Part shown: one piece after another, positions 54,079-64,000 of the stretch
Position numbering within the stretch: position 1 is the first letter of the stretch
Layout of the letters: every line of letters begins with the position of its first letter
Source of the DNA: Andalucia godoyi And28
Lineage: Eukaryota > Protista > Jakobida
Assembly (NCBI GenBank): GCA_009859145.1
Contig: VRVR01000003.1
Coordinates: forward strand, 1 to 64,000
Direction of reading: 5' to 3'
Length of the DNA: 64,000 nucleotides
Translations under genes and position numbers: made by a program
The notes under the pieces: model-generated
Databases searched by the model: none
Told to the model about the DNA's origin: nothing
Seen by the model: the letters and a program-made list of their open reading frames with translations, nothing else

Positions 54079-55793
54079 ATGAGAATCGATTACATCCTGT
54101 TGTGCCTAGCTGTGGCTGGGCTTCGGTTTGCAGTGGTGCTGCAGGCATCTGAGCAGCAGCAGCGTCATGAGGATGGCCGTGTCGTCGTTGAAGTCCCTTA
54201 CGAGGCTGCAGCAGCGTATGCGCGGCCGTCGTTTTCTGTACCGATCATTTCTGTGCCGCCGACTGTGGATGCCGGGACAGTGTTTCCTCCGAGCTTTGCA
54301 TTCGGGGTGAGCACTTCTGCATACCAAGTCGAAGGGGGCTGGCTTGAGGATGGGAAGGGGTTCTCGATCTGGGACGTGAGCTCGCACATCCCGGGGCATA
54401 TTGCCAATGGAGATACGGGAGATATTGCAGATGACTTTTACCACCTGTACGACGCGGATTTGGCCATGATGGCTGCAAATGGGATCACACATTTCCGCAT
54501 GTCGATCTCATGGCCCCGCATTATGCCCACGGGATTTGCACCGGTGAATCCAGCCGGGGTTGCATTCTATAACCGAGTGTTCGAGGCGTGTGCAAAGTAC
54601 GGAATCACGCCGTACGTCACCTTATTTCATTCGGATGTTCCCCAGAATTTGGTCAACTACCCAAGACCCGGCATCGCGTTTCTCGCAGACGACTTTCCCC
54701 AGATTTTTGCTGACTATGCCGATGCGGTGTTTGCAGCGTTCGGGACTCGGGTGAAGAACTGGATGACGTTCAACGAGCCTTGGTGCTCCGCAGTGCTGGG
54801 AATAGATGGTGGCCGAGATCCGTACAATGTGGCACACAACATTCTGCGGGCGCATGCACTGGCAGTGAATGTCTATCGGACGAAGTATCAGGCTTCTCAA
54901 AAGGGTGTCATCACGATTGTGTTGAACACAGCGCATTTCTACGCAGCGTCGTCGAATCCCGAGGATGTGGCTGCTGCGCAGCGTGCATACGACTTCAATC
55001 TCGGATGGTTTGCGGACCCGATTCTTGCAGGCGACTATCCGGCATCCATGCGCTTGACACTCGGGGCTCGTCTGCCAGTGTTTAACGCTTCGGAAAAGGC
55101 ACTGCTGAAAGGGTCGATGGATTCCATTGCGATCAACCACTACATGCCCTTCTTGTGCAAACCCGGGAGCTCACCGCATTCGGACAATCCCTCGTATTGG
55201 TCCGATGAGAACACGACGTGCTTCTATGATCCGTCCTGGCCCCTTAGCGATTTCGGATGGGGCATCTACGCGCCGGGTATCAAAGACTTGTTGTTGTACG
55301 TTGCCCAGCGATATCCCGGAATCCCATTGTGGATCACAGAAAATGGTGTTTGCGCTCCGGGCGAGAACAATATGACCATCGCCATTAACGACGTGATGCG
55401 TCAGAAGTACATCCATGACTATGTGGAAAATGTCGGTCTTGCCCTGCAGCAAGGTGCTCCTGTGGAAAAGTATTTTGTCTGGTCGAGTATGTTTTCCTTT
55501 CCTTCCTCCTCTTCTCCCCGTATCCTTTTGCATTTTTGTGTCCTTCTCTTTTCGGTTTCTTTTCTTGTGCTCGTCTCTTTCCTAATTGCATTATCTTACG
55601 AGTTTTTTTATTTCCTGGTTTTCCCAATGCAGTTCTCGACAATCTGGAGTGGGGAAGTGGATTCTCAAAGCACTTCGGTATGGTGTGGATCGATCGGTCC
55701 ACTCCAGCCCTTATCCGCTTCCCGAAGTCTTCTCTGGCGCTTTATAAGAACATTGTTCATACGCATATCGTGAAGTCCAAAAGGATTGAGTAG
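54079..55793 (+). CDS. Secreted glycoside hydrolase family 1 (beta-glucosidase); 2 exons, intron 55487-55632
   Basis: TSAYQVEG, FRMSISWPRI, TFNEP acid/base, ITENG nucleophile. Splicing GTATGT...CAG restores YFVWSILDNLEWGSGFSKHFG. Confidence 0.93.
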
Positions 55794-56248
55794 TGTATTC
55801 CGACCGCTTCGCTTTTCTATCAACTAATTGTTGTCAGCAGCGGATTTGCAGTAAGGGGGTAGTATTAATTACTGTGATTGCTGCTGCGGTATTTCCATAA
55901 AGATTAATTGTTTTTTTTTGTTTTTTTTGTTTTTGTGCATGCACCCGCTTGGCGAGCCCCTCGACGCAGAATTCGTTTCAGGATGTGTCCCCATTCCTCG
56001 AGCAAACAGGAAACGATGCTCACTTCCAAAGTGAATGGTTGTGTATGCTTCTTCACGCGGGCCTGCCCGCCCCAACTCCCTGGCTCTCCACGACACCGTC
56101 CTTCATCCTCGTCAACGCCTGTAAGAAACTTTCGCGGAAACCCTCTTCTGCTCTGTTCGTGGTGATGCGCAGTCTACGTTCCTTCTGCTGTCTTTTCTTG
56201 TTTTGTCACGGAGCACCATACTGTACGCTAGCGAAATTGGAGTCAGGT

Positions 56249-57394
56249 ATGAATCAGCTACCGCAGCCCCAACCAGAGGTAGAGGTGGAGATGGGGCTGA
56301 GCGCATTGGTTGACGTTGAGAGCCAACCAGAGAGTTTAAAGGACAGCGAAAATGCAGGAAAAGATGACGCGGAACTCGTTGCTGCGGGACAGGACGAATG
56401 CAAAGACGTCAAAGAACCTGCGATGGACTCTTCAGATTCAGAAAGTGCATCCACGACCGAGCGCTCGAGCAGCGAAGTTGCATCGAATGACTATAAGCCC
56501 GGTGAGTATTTCGACTCCGATGAAGAAGATGCTGGTGGGATTCCCGATGTCGCGGCCATTCTTTCGCTTCCTCAGTATGAGCCAGTGGACGTTGCCATAT
56601 CAGAGACTGACGACCTAGTGTCGTTGGGTACTGTCCACTCGTTTTTGAAAGACCTCCTTGTCGTCTCCACTCCTGCTGGGGCCCCTGCGTTGTCAGCAGG
56701 ATCTGTGCTTGCTCTCGAAAATCGTGTTGCAATTGGTCGCATTGGCGATGTTTTCGGGCCCGTTGACAGCCCATTGTATTCAATTCGCCTCCCCCCGACT
56801 GGAATCCCTGCGGAATGGGGTCCATGTGTCTTGGGAACTCGAGTGTACTTTCCACGATCACTCGCGGAAGTTGTGCAGGTCGGCCCACTGCGAATGCAGA
56901 AAGGCACAGATGCTTCGTGGAGGAACGATATGGAGCCTCCAGAACATCTTCAAGAGTTTTCAGACGACGAAGAAGAAGCAAGATTCAGAAAAACTGTCAA
57001 GGACAAAAAGAGACAGAGAACCGAAAACAGCCTTGCGAACGCCCGACCAGCCTTCAAGTACGCGCGAATGCCGTCAAGTGCGGGTAGTGATGGATACAAC
57101 GACAGTGACGACCACGACGATCACGGTGCCAGTGGAAGTGACAAGGACAAGGACAATGACAAGGACAAGGACAATGACCGCGAATCACAAGAAGACGGTG
57201 CGTGCTGTAACAACAGGGAACGAGAATCCGGAATGAACGTGACGCATGACTTAGAGCAAGGTTCGCACTCTCCAAAACATGCGCCAGGTCCTGCGCCAGT
57301 TCCCAACCCTGTTTCATCAACACCTGTTGAGAAGGGGAAACCTGTGGAGCTGAATATTGCACCAATATCAAGCTTCTTTGACGACAACGATTAG
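56249..57394 (+). CDS. NAF1: H/ACA RNP assembly factor NAF1
   Basis: Gar1/Naf1 domain IGRIGDVFGPVDSPLYSIR and KGTDASWRNDMEPP...EFSDDEEE. Start codon uncertain. Confidence 0.88.
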   Translation: MNQLPQPQPEVEVEMGLSALVDVESQPESLKDSENAGKDDAELVAAGQDECKDVKEPAMDSSDSESASTTERSSSEVASNDYKPGEYFDSDEEDAGGIPDVAAILSLPQYEPVDVAISETDDLVSLGTVHSFLKDLLVVSTPAGAPALSAGSVLALENRVAIGRIGDVFGPVDSPLYSIRLPPTGIPAEWGPCVLGTRVYFPRSLAEVVQVGPLRMQKGTDASWRNDMEPPEHLQEFSDDEEEARFRKTVKDKKRQRTENSLANARPAFKYARMPSSAGSDGYNDSDDHDDHGASGSDKDKDNDKDKDNDRESQEDGACCNNRERESGMNVTHDLEQGSHSPKHAPGPAPVPNPVSSTPVEKGKPVELNIAPISSFFDDND

Positions 57395-57566
57395 TTTCTT
57401 TTTGATTAAGTAACAGTAATAACAAAAACGAAATTCTTAGCAAGTCCTTGATTGACGTCGTACAGAGGGACAAATCAATTTATTCTGACAATGAAAAAGG
57501 AACATACAGAGCACCCCAGTTTCGGGATACTGTGGATACCGTCGGACGACAGCGCTGACGAAACGC

Positions 57567-59597
57567 TTACTCAAACTCGACAAGGATCTCCTCTACCTTG
57601 ACAGACTTGCCGGCCTTGCACCGGATTTCCTTGACGATACCATCAACAGGAGATCGGAGAAGATTTCTCATCTTCATGGCCTCCACAACAACGATCTCTT
57701 GACCAATAACAACCTTGTCACCGGGCTTAACAGCAACCTGGATTACAGTACCAGGCATGGGGGAGACCAACATCTTGGAAAGATCGGGCTTCGAAATCAC
57801 AGGCATGTGCACAAACAAGTCCTTGACCGCAGATCGCTTCACGTCAAGCTCATAACGGGTGCCGGCCATTTGGATAACAGACCCTCCAGTCACATGTCTC
57901 TCGAGGACCTGGAGAGTCACATCGCCATCCTGATAGAAAACGCTGTCGATCAACCATTTTGCATTCGACGGCTTGTCATTCACAAGTAGATTGCCCGTGC
58001 GAGAGCAGCGGGAAACCTTCACGACGGCCGCTGGCAAGCCTGAGTCGACAACCGACACATCATACGTATCGGAAAGCGGAGATTCGTGCACAGATCCAGA
58101 GGAGAATGCGCTGTATCGGTTCTCCTCGCGAAGAAATTCAACGACGGCCGCAGCCTTTGAGATCTCCTGAGCTTCAACTTCGGTAAGAACGTGACCCTTG
58201 AAACCGCCGGGATACTCCACTTCAATGAATTTCGTGTCGATGCGCCCATCCTTGTAGCGTTTGTGGTCCATTACGTCACGCAGGAAGGGGATGTTATGGG
58301 TCACTCCCTGAATGACGTACTGATCAAGGGCTGCACGCAAAATGTCGATAGACTCCTCTCGATTCTTTCCGTGAGTAATCAGCTTGCAGATCATTGGATC
58401 ATAGTGAACCGAAATTTCGGCGCCCTCCGTGATGCCAGAGTCGCAGCGGATGCCGGGACCAACCGGCTCCACATATGTCTTGAGGGTTCCAATCGAGGGC
58501 AAGAAGTTACGCGCAGGATCTTCAGCATACACGCGCGCTTCCATTGCCCAGCCATTAATACCAACCTGGTCCTGCGTTGTGCGAGAAAGGGACTTTCCAG
58601 CTGCACAGCGGATCATTTCCTCGACGAGGTCCAGGCCAGTGATCATTTCCGTGACAGGGTGCTCGACTTGCAGACGGGTGTTCATTTCCAAGAAGTAAAA
58701 GTTCTTCTTCGCATCCACCAACATCTCCACAGTTCCTGCAGAGTAGTATCCTACCGCCTTGGCAAGCATGACGGCCTGTTCACCCATTGCCTTTCGAGTT
58801 GCGGGATCAAGGAAAGGAGACGGAGCTTCCTCGAGAACTTTTTGATTCCTGCGCTGAATCGAGCACTCGCGCTCAGGCAAATACAAAGTGTTGCCGAGCT
58901 TGTCGCCAATGACCTGGATCTCGATATGACGAGGCTGCTCAACGAACTTTTCAATCAACATGCGATCATCGCCAAACGACGCAGCTGCTTCTTCCTTGGA
59001 CAAACGGAAACCGTCCAGTGCTTCCTTGTCATTGAACGCAATTCTCATTCCTTTTCCTCCACCACCCGCGGACGCCTTGATCATCACCGGATATCCGATT
59101 TCATTCGAAATTCGCAGGACATCTTGCGGGGTCGCCACCTCGCCTAAGAAACCCGGAATCGTGTTCACACCAGCTCTCTTCGCAATCTTCTTTGAGTTGA
59201 TCTTGTCTCCCATTGCATCAATTGCAGACGCAGGAGGCCCAATGAACGCAATCTTGCGCGAGTCCAGTTTCGAAGCAAAATGGTTGTTTTCCGACAGAAA
59301 GCCGTATCCAGGATGCACTGCTTCCGCACCCGTTGTCTCACAAGCCGCCACGATCGCATCCATATTGAGATAGGAAAGCTTCGACGCAGCCGGCCCAATG
59401 CAGACTGCTTCATCTGCCAGCCGAACGTGCTTCGATCGGCCGTCCGCCTCGGAATACACCGCTACAGTCCGAATGCCAAGTCGCTTGCACGTCTTGATGA
59501 CACGACACGCAATTTCACCACGATTGGCAATCAGAATCTTTCCAAAAAGATTGTCCGACGATGAAAACCGACGAGAAAAATCCAGCGTACGAAACAT
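57567..59597 (-). CDS. PCCA: Propionyl-CoA carboxylase alpha chain, mitochondrial
   Basis: ANRGEIA, HPGYGFLSEN, GDKINSK...NTIPG, ERECSIQRRNQK, EAMKM biotin site; N-terminal presequence MFRTLDFSRRF. Confidence 0.93.
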   Translation of the reverse strand: MFRTLDFSRRFSSSDNLFGKILIANRGEIACRVIKTCKRLGIRTVAVYSEADGRSKHVRLADEAVCIGPAASKLSYLNMDAIVAACETTGAEAVHPGYGFLSENNHFASKLDSRKIAFIGPPASAIDAMGDKINSKKIAKRAGVNTIPGFLGEVATPQDVLRISNEIGYPVMIKASAGGGGKGMRIAFNDKEALDGFRLSKEEAAASFGDDRMLIEKFVEQPRHIEIQVIGDKLGNTLYLPERECSIQRRNQKVLEEAPSPFLDPATRKAMGEQAVMLAKAVGYYSAGTVEMLVDAKKNFYFLEMNTRLQVEHPVTEMITGLDLVEEMIRCAAGKSLSRTTQDQVGINGWAMEARVYAEDPARNFLPSIGTLKTYVEPVGPGIRCDSGITEGAEISVHYDPMICKLITHGKNREESIDILRAALDQYVIQGVTHNIPFLRDVMDHKRYKDGRIDTKFIEVEYPGGFKGHVLTEVEAQEISKAAAVVEFLREENRYSAFSSGSVHESPLSDTYDVSVVDSGLPAAVVKVSRCSRTGNLLVNDKPSNAKWLIDSVFYQDGDVTLQVLERHVTGGSVIQMAGTRYELDVKRSAVKDLFVHMPVISKPDLSKMLVSPMPGTVIQVAVKPGDKVVIGQEIVVVEAMKMRNLLRSPVDGIVKEIRCKAGKSVKVEEILVEFE

Positions 59598-60052
59598 TTG
59601 TTTTTGTTGCGAGCTTTTTTCCCCCAAAAAGAAATATCTTGAAGAGCGAGAGTGAGAGAAACGGTGGGAGAGAAATGTAATTATTATTATTTTTTTGATT
59701 AAAGAATAAGAATAATAAAATAATAAAAAATGCAAACTCCGAGCAGCACGAAACCAACAATATACACACGCACATTACATACATTAATAAACAAATGACG
59801 ACGATTCTTTGCACGGAACAGCGTCTTTTTCTGCACTGGGGAAGGGGAAACCCTAGCATCACGTGATGGCTGGATGATTTTCACCAGAGTTTCCAGCATT
59901 TCGACTTTCGAAGCTCGTGAAAGGTGGGTTTGTTTTGTTATCTAGCAAAAATGCCATGTATTGTCGAAAACAAATTCAGACTCTTGGTTTTTGTTTCCTT
60001 GTTTCCTTCCTCCCCCCGCTCCTCCCAGAGAGTATTGTACGGTGGAAACGTC

Positions 60053-61420
60053 ATGTCGTCGGTATGGGACCAAGTACTCGCTGATGCGCAAGCAACGAAT
60101 TCGCAACCAAACCACACACTTCTTGTGGTTGGGACGGAGGGTTGTGGCAAGTCGCATCTTTTGCATCGACTGTTCCCACCAGCAAATCGATCCGCGTATT
60201 CTGGAGTCGGTGGATCGCATCGTGCGTCGCTCTTCATGGATTATGCATTTGTAGATCTCTCGAATCCACACGCAAACATGGACTCAGCAAGAGTGCATGT
60301 ATGGCAGGCTTCCGATCCTCAGCAAATGGACATGCTGGATTTATGTCTTTCGCGCGCCGAGTTGAACCACCCAAACGCTTCTTCCACGAACACTGTAGGG
60401 GCAGCTTCATCATCATCATCATCATCATCCGGGATATCGTCGTCGTCGTCGGCGGCGTCGCTGTCCAATGTGGGCTCCAACGCTGGAGTGAATGGGACTA
60501 TCGGTGGCTCTCGTGCACCGTCTCCAATTCCTTTTCAAAAGGGCGCTCGCAGCAGCGCGGTTTCGGCGGACTCGGTTCCTGGGTCCCCAACGGAACCTGT
60601 GCTTTCTCCTTCCATGTCCTTGTCCTCTTCTTCGTTATTGGGGGCTGCTTTGGGACGTATCCCAGTGACTGTGTTTTTCGTGTTGGATTTGTCGCAACCC
60701 TGGTTCCTCGAGTCACAATTCAACGCTTGGATTCCCAAGCTATTCGACCCCAAGAATCACTACGAGGTTGCAAACTTGGTCATGGTTGGGGCGAAGTCGG
60801 AGATGATGGACGAAGCACAGCGCGAATGGAGTGCAAGGCGAAAGAGAAGGGAATTGAGTGACTTGCATTTCCGAAATTACATCCAGTTTTGGTTCAGAAA
60901 ACAGGCGCTGTCCATTACAGGTACGAAGATCTGGATCGTATTTGTTTCTTCTTCCACAGGACGAAACATTGATGTCTTGTCGAGATTATGCCACCATTTG
61001 TTCCTGGGTGTTGCAGTGGACGACAAGAGACAAGTGGACGACATGGATGCATTGTTCATGCCGCCAGGGGCAGACAGCCAGACATCCGTTTCACGTATTG
61101 TGATTGATAACGAGTTTGCAACCCCGTTCCAACAAGTCATCCCTGCGCCGGAAAAGACAGAAGCAGCTCGCGCAGACAACGATCCTTCTTTCGTGGAGTG
61201 GTCGGGCTTCCTGCGGAAGCATTGGAATTTTGGTGCTGCTCAGCTGTCGAAATCGGACGCCATGTCCAGTGCGGTTCTTGGTGGGTCTGGAGGCGTGCCT
61301 GTATCTTCTGGCTCTCAAAGCGAAAACGCTGTTGAGGCTGGTGCATCGTCGTTTTTCAAGAACATGCTGAATCGATATCAGAGCTCCTCCAATCTGAATG
61401 CAGAACCAGTCAAGCGGTAA
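60053..61420 (+). CDS. DYNC1LI: Dynein light intermediate chain (cytoplasmic dynein 1 type)
   Basis: SVWDQVL, P-loop LVVGTEGCGKS, VHVWQ, FVLDLSQPW, YIQFWFRKQAL, MPPGADS and C-terminal FFKNML. Confidence 0.8.
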   Translation: MSSVWDQVLADAQATNSQPNHTLLVVGTEGCGKSHLLHRLFPPANRSAYSGVGGSHRASLFMDYAFVDLSNPHANMDSARVHVWQASDPQQMDMLDLCLSRAELNHPNASSTNTVGAASSSSSSSSGISSSSSAASLSNVGSNAGVNGTIGGSRAPSPIPFQKGARSSAVSADSVPGSPTEPVLSPSMSLSSSSLLGAALGRIPVTVFFVLDLSQPWFLESQFNAWIPKLFDPKNHYEVANLVMVGAKSEMMDEAQREWSARRKRRELSDLHFRNYIQFWFRKQALSITGTKIWIVFVSSSTGRNIDVLSRLCHHLFLGVAVDDKRQVDDMDALFMPPGADSQTSVSRIVIDNEFATPFQQVIPAPEKTEAARADNDPSFVEWSGFLRKHWNFGAAQLSKSDAMSSAVLGGSGGVPVSSGSQSENAVEAGASSFFKNMLNRYQSSSNLNAEPVKR

Positions 61421-61448
61421 TCCGCGTGGAGGTGCAGCGCGTTTTAGT

Positions 61449-61530
61449 CCCCTCCCCTCCCCTCCCCTCCCCTCCCCTCCCCTCCCTCCTCCCTCCTCCT
61501 CCTCCCTCTCTCTCTCTCTCTCTCTTTCTC
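61449..61530 (+). repeat. (CCCCT)n plus (CT)n polypyrimidine tract
   Basis: Read directly; the minus strand is a G-run array. Confidence 0.9.
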
Positions 61531-61703
61531 GTCCGTATGATCCAGACGGGTAATGCTTGTTGTTGTATTTGCAGTTCTCATCCAAATTGCCTCCTTTTAT
61601 TATTATTTTTTAATTGTAAACTGTTAGAGAACCAATTTTGCCATTAACGGGGTTGCTGCTCTTCGGTATGGCAAATTCTTTGGCATGCTCGCTCAAGCAT
61701 CAG

Positions 61704-63182
61704 TTACTTGCGACCTTGCAACAAAGAAAGAAGAGCGGATGCTGTACTGGAATGCGCTGTCTGCTGTTGTGGTTGGTGCTGCTGTGGCTGCATGTGACCC
61801 TGAGTATGCATGGGCATGGGCATGGGCATGGGCATTGGGTTTTGCATGGGTACTGGGATTGGCTGTGTTCCAACTTGCTGTGCATTTTGTGATTGGGCCT
61901 TGACAAGAGATGCAAGCAACTCTGATGCAGACTGCTGGTTCATTCCTTGCTGATCCGGACCCTTGATCGCCGAGATGAGTCCCAGCAAAGCCGACACGTT
62001 ATTCGCGGCTGCCTGCTGGCCTTGCGACATGAATGCGGGAGACGACGGGATGTACTGTTGCTGATGTGCCACCGGCATGTACGCCGCGCCTTGTGGCGGA
62101 TTTTGCGGTGTAATCTGTTGCGGAGGTGGTGCATACGTGGGCATTCCACCGACCATTGGCTGGTAATGCGGATACTGTACGGAAGGCAGGTACTGTTGCT
62201 GCTGCTGCTGTTGTTGTTGTTGTTGTTGCTGCTGCTGGTGTTGCTGCAAGACGTGTCCGTGTCCATGTCCGTGGCCGTGTCCGTGGCCGTGCCCTTGTGG
62301 GCTGATTCCTCCCATGTGCTGCACATTCATCGAGTGCATATGGGCCATCGGGTTCATGGTCGCAAATCTGTTTCGCAAGCACTCGCTGATTTCTTCCGGA
62401 GTGGTTCTGTGGTCCTGATGCATAAAGTTGATGGCATCTTGCAGCACGACGTCTTGCGCTGCCTTGTCTCCCGAACGGAAGCTGACCTGCATCCCGTGTT
62501 CTTCGTGCTGCCTATGCACCAGCAGCGTGTACTTCAGGCCATCTGCTGCAGCCCGGTGAAGTTTGTCTGTCAACGACGCTCTGTCTGCGATCTCGAGGCT
62601 TACAGATATCGCACACCGCTGAATCATCTCCACAACGTAATCGCAGTACGGACGAAGCATGGAGTGCATGCAAAACACAATGCATTGCGGAACCCCAGGA
62701 TTCCGCTTGTACTGCTTCTCTGGGCGTCTGTCTCGCTCCCGACCATTGAAATCTCGTTCTCTGTCTCCGCCACGGAAATCGCGCTCTCGTCCACGATCCC
62801 GGTGAAGATCGCGGTCGCGGTCACGGTCACGGTCGCGATGAACGTCGCGATCGCGGTCTCTGTCTCTGTCTCTGTCTCGTTCGCGGTCTTCATGGGTATC
62901 TCCTGGAACGTCCTCTCGGTCACGTTTGCGACTCAAATGATCACGCTCGTCTGCAACCAGCAGGCTCACGACTCGTGATCCAATCATCTTTCCTTGTTCG
63001 CCGGCTATCGCCCGAAGAACAGAGTCCGTATTATCATATTGGATGAATCCAAAGCCGTAATGAAGCTTCACGTCCTCAATGCGGCCGTATACAGAAAATA
63101 TGCGTTCCACTTCCGACTTGCTCACGCCGCGAGTGTCCAAACAGCCTATGAAAAGGCGCGATCCAACTGGATATCGTGGCAT
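61704..63182 (-). CDS. NCOA5-like protein: RRM, RD repeats, anticodon-binding-like domain, Gln/His-rich tail
   Basis: RLFIGCL and YGFGFIQY RNP motifs; (RD)n; PQCIVF...YCDYVVEMI...LLVHRQHE. Confidence 0.7.
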   Translation of the reverse strand: MPRYPVGSRLFIGCLDTRGVSKSEVERIFSVYGRIEDVKLHYGFGFIQYDNTDSVLRAIAGEQGKMIGSRVVSLLVADERDHLSRKRDREDVPGDTHEDRERDRDRDRDRDRDVHRDRDRDRDRDLHRDRGRERDFRGGDRERDFNGRERDRRPEKQYKRNPGVPQCIVFCMHSMLRPYCDYVVEMIQRCAISVSLEIADRASLTDKLHRAAADGLKYTLLVHRQHEEHGMQVSFRSGDKAAQDVVLQDAINFMHQDHRTTPEEISECLRNRFATMNPMAHMHSMNVQHMGGISPQGHGHGHGHGHGHGHVLQQHQQQQQQQQQQQQQQQYLPSVQYPHYQPMVGGMPTYAPPPQQITPQNPPQGAAYMPVAHQQQYIPSSPAFMSQGQQAAANNVSALLGLISAIKGPDQQGMNQQSASELLASLVKAQSQNAQQVGTQPIPVPMQNPMPMPMPMPMHTQGHMQPQQHQPQQQTAHSSTASALLSLLQGRK

Positions 63183-63708
63183 TTGAAAAAGCAAGGAGGG
63201 GAAAAAAAGAAGAAGAAAATCTTATAAAAAGAAAACGAAAACCTAAAACACGAGCAAACACACAACAACAACCTTTTAATTAAGAAAACTATATATAAAT
63301 ATAATTTTTTTGTTTAAGAAAAATGATATTCAGAGAAGCGAACTCAGTTGGTAAGAACGAATAGAGAATGAAATAAATATCAACAAAAAAGCAGATAATA
63401 AAAGGAAGGGAAAAATCAAAAAGAAAAGGAGGGAAAAGCGCGGTTTTATAAGGTCGCTTTCTGCTTTTCATTTTTTTCTTTTTTTTGACTGGGAGTCGTG
63501 TCTCACACTACGGCTGGCGATACTCTGCATGGATACGAATTGATTTCTAATTGATACTATTGCGATGGGGCGTTGTGAAGTGTGTGGAGAAAGGACGTGA
63601 GGAGTTCTGTTCGTGCACTTTCGAGTTTTAGTTTTTTGTTTTGTTTTGTTTATTTGGACTTTTGCGAGGTGGATGAGCACGCATATACAGCGAGCATAGA
63701 ACCCGAGG

Positions 63709-64000
63709 ATGGCGTTTCAGTCGCATCGACTTCCAGCTTTGCTGCGCGATGCCTTTTCCAATCGGCTACAGGAGCGGATCACAACTGGAATTCGAGATGC
63801 TGCGGCATCGGGGAAGCTGCCTCCGGAAATCGTGTCTTCGATCGAGTTTACGCTTTTTGACCTTGGATCAGAGCCGTTTGATTTGGAGATTGAATCCGTG
63901 CTTCGAGCTGATCCTTTAGAACAGATTGATGGAGTTCGCCAGATTGTGTTCTTCTTCAAATACGCGGGTTCTGCAGTCGCCGAGTTTCAGTGCGATGTCC
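63709..64000 (+). CDS. 5' part of an SMP-domain protein, ERMES Mdm12/Mdm34-like, runs off the window
   Basis: Hand translation: MAFQSHRLPALLRDAFSNRLQERI...KLPPEIVSSIEFTLFDLGSEPFDLEIE...FFFKYAGSAVAEFQCDV. Not in the ORF track. Confidence 0.55.
   Translation, partial: MAFQSHRLPALLRDAFSNRLQERITTGIRDAAASGKLPPEIVSSIEFTLFDLGSEPFDLEIESVLRADPLEQIDGVRQIVFFFKYAGSAVAEFQCDV

Noticed and set aside
55494-55773. Hydrophobic C-terminal tail of the GH1 ORF suggesting a membrane anchor
   Set aside because: It is translated intron and out-of-frame exon; splicing restores the normal GH1 ending.

Overview
Gene-dense, intron-poor eukaryotic nuclear DNA (standard code, roughly 50% GC) from a flagellated protist. 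HYDIN indicates a central-pair axoneme and the last gene looks like an ERMES-type SMP protein; the species cannot be assigned from sequence alone. The window holds about 22 host genes with three inferred spliceosomal introns, all starting GTATGY. The first 7 kb is a hAT transposon cluster, including one apparently intact element, wrapped around and between two divergent transmembrane redox genes. The most interesting signals are: (1) a NADPH oxidase with a complete SH3 domain inserted in the regulatory loop of its NADPH-binding domain; (2) a decayed Fanzor2/IS607-TnpB C-terminal remnant at about 45.0-45.36 kb, missed by the ORF track, followed by an omega-RNA-like structured tail inside a divergent promoter; (3) a Kelch propeller fused directly to cytochrome b561; (4) a large Cys-rich receptor-like protein whose C-terminus has an ENaC/PAC-like two-helix topology. 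All family calls come from motif recognition by eye; no database search was run.
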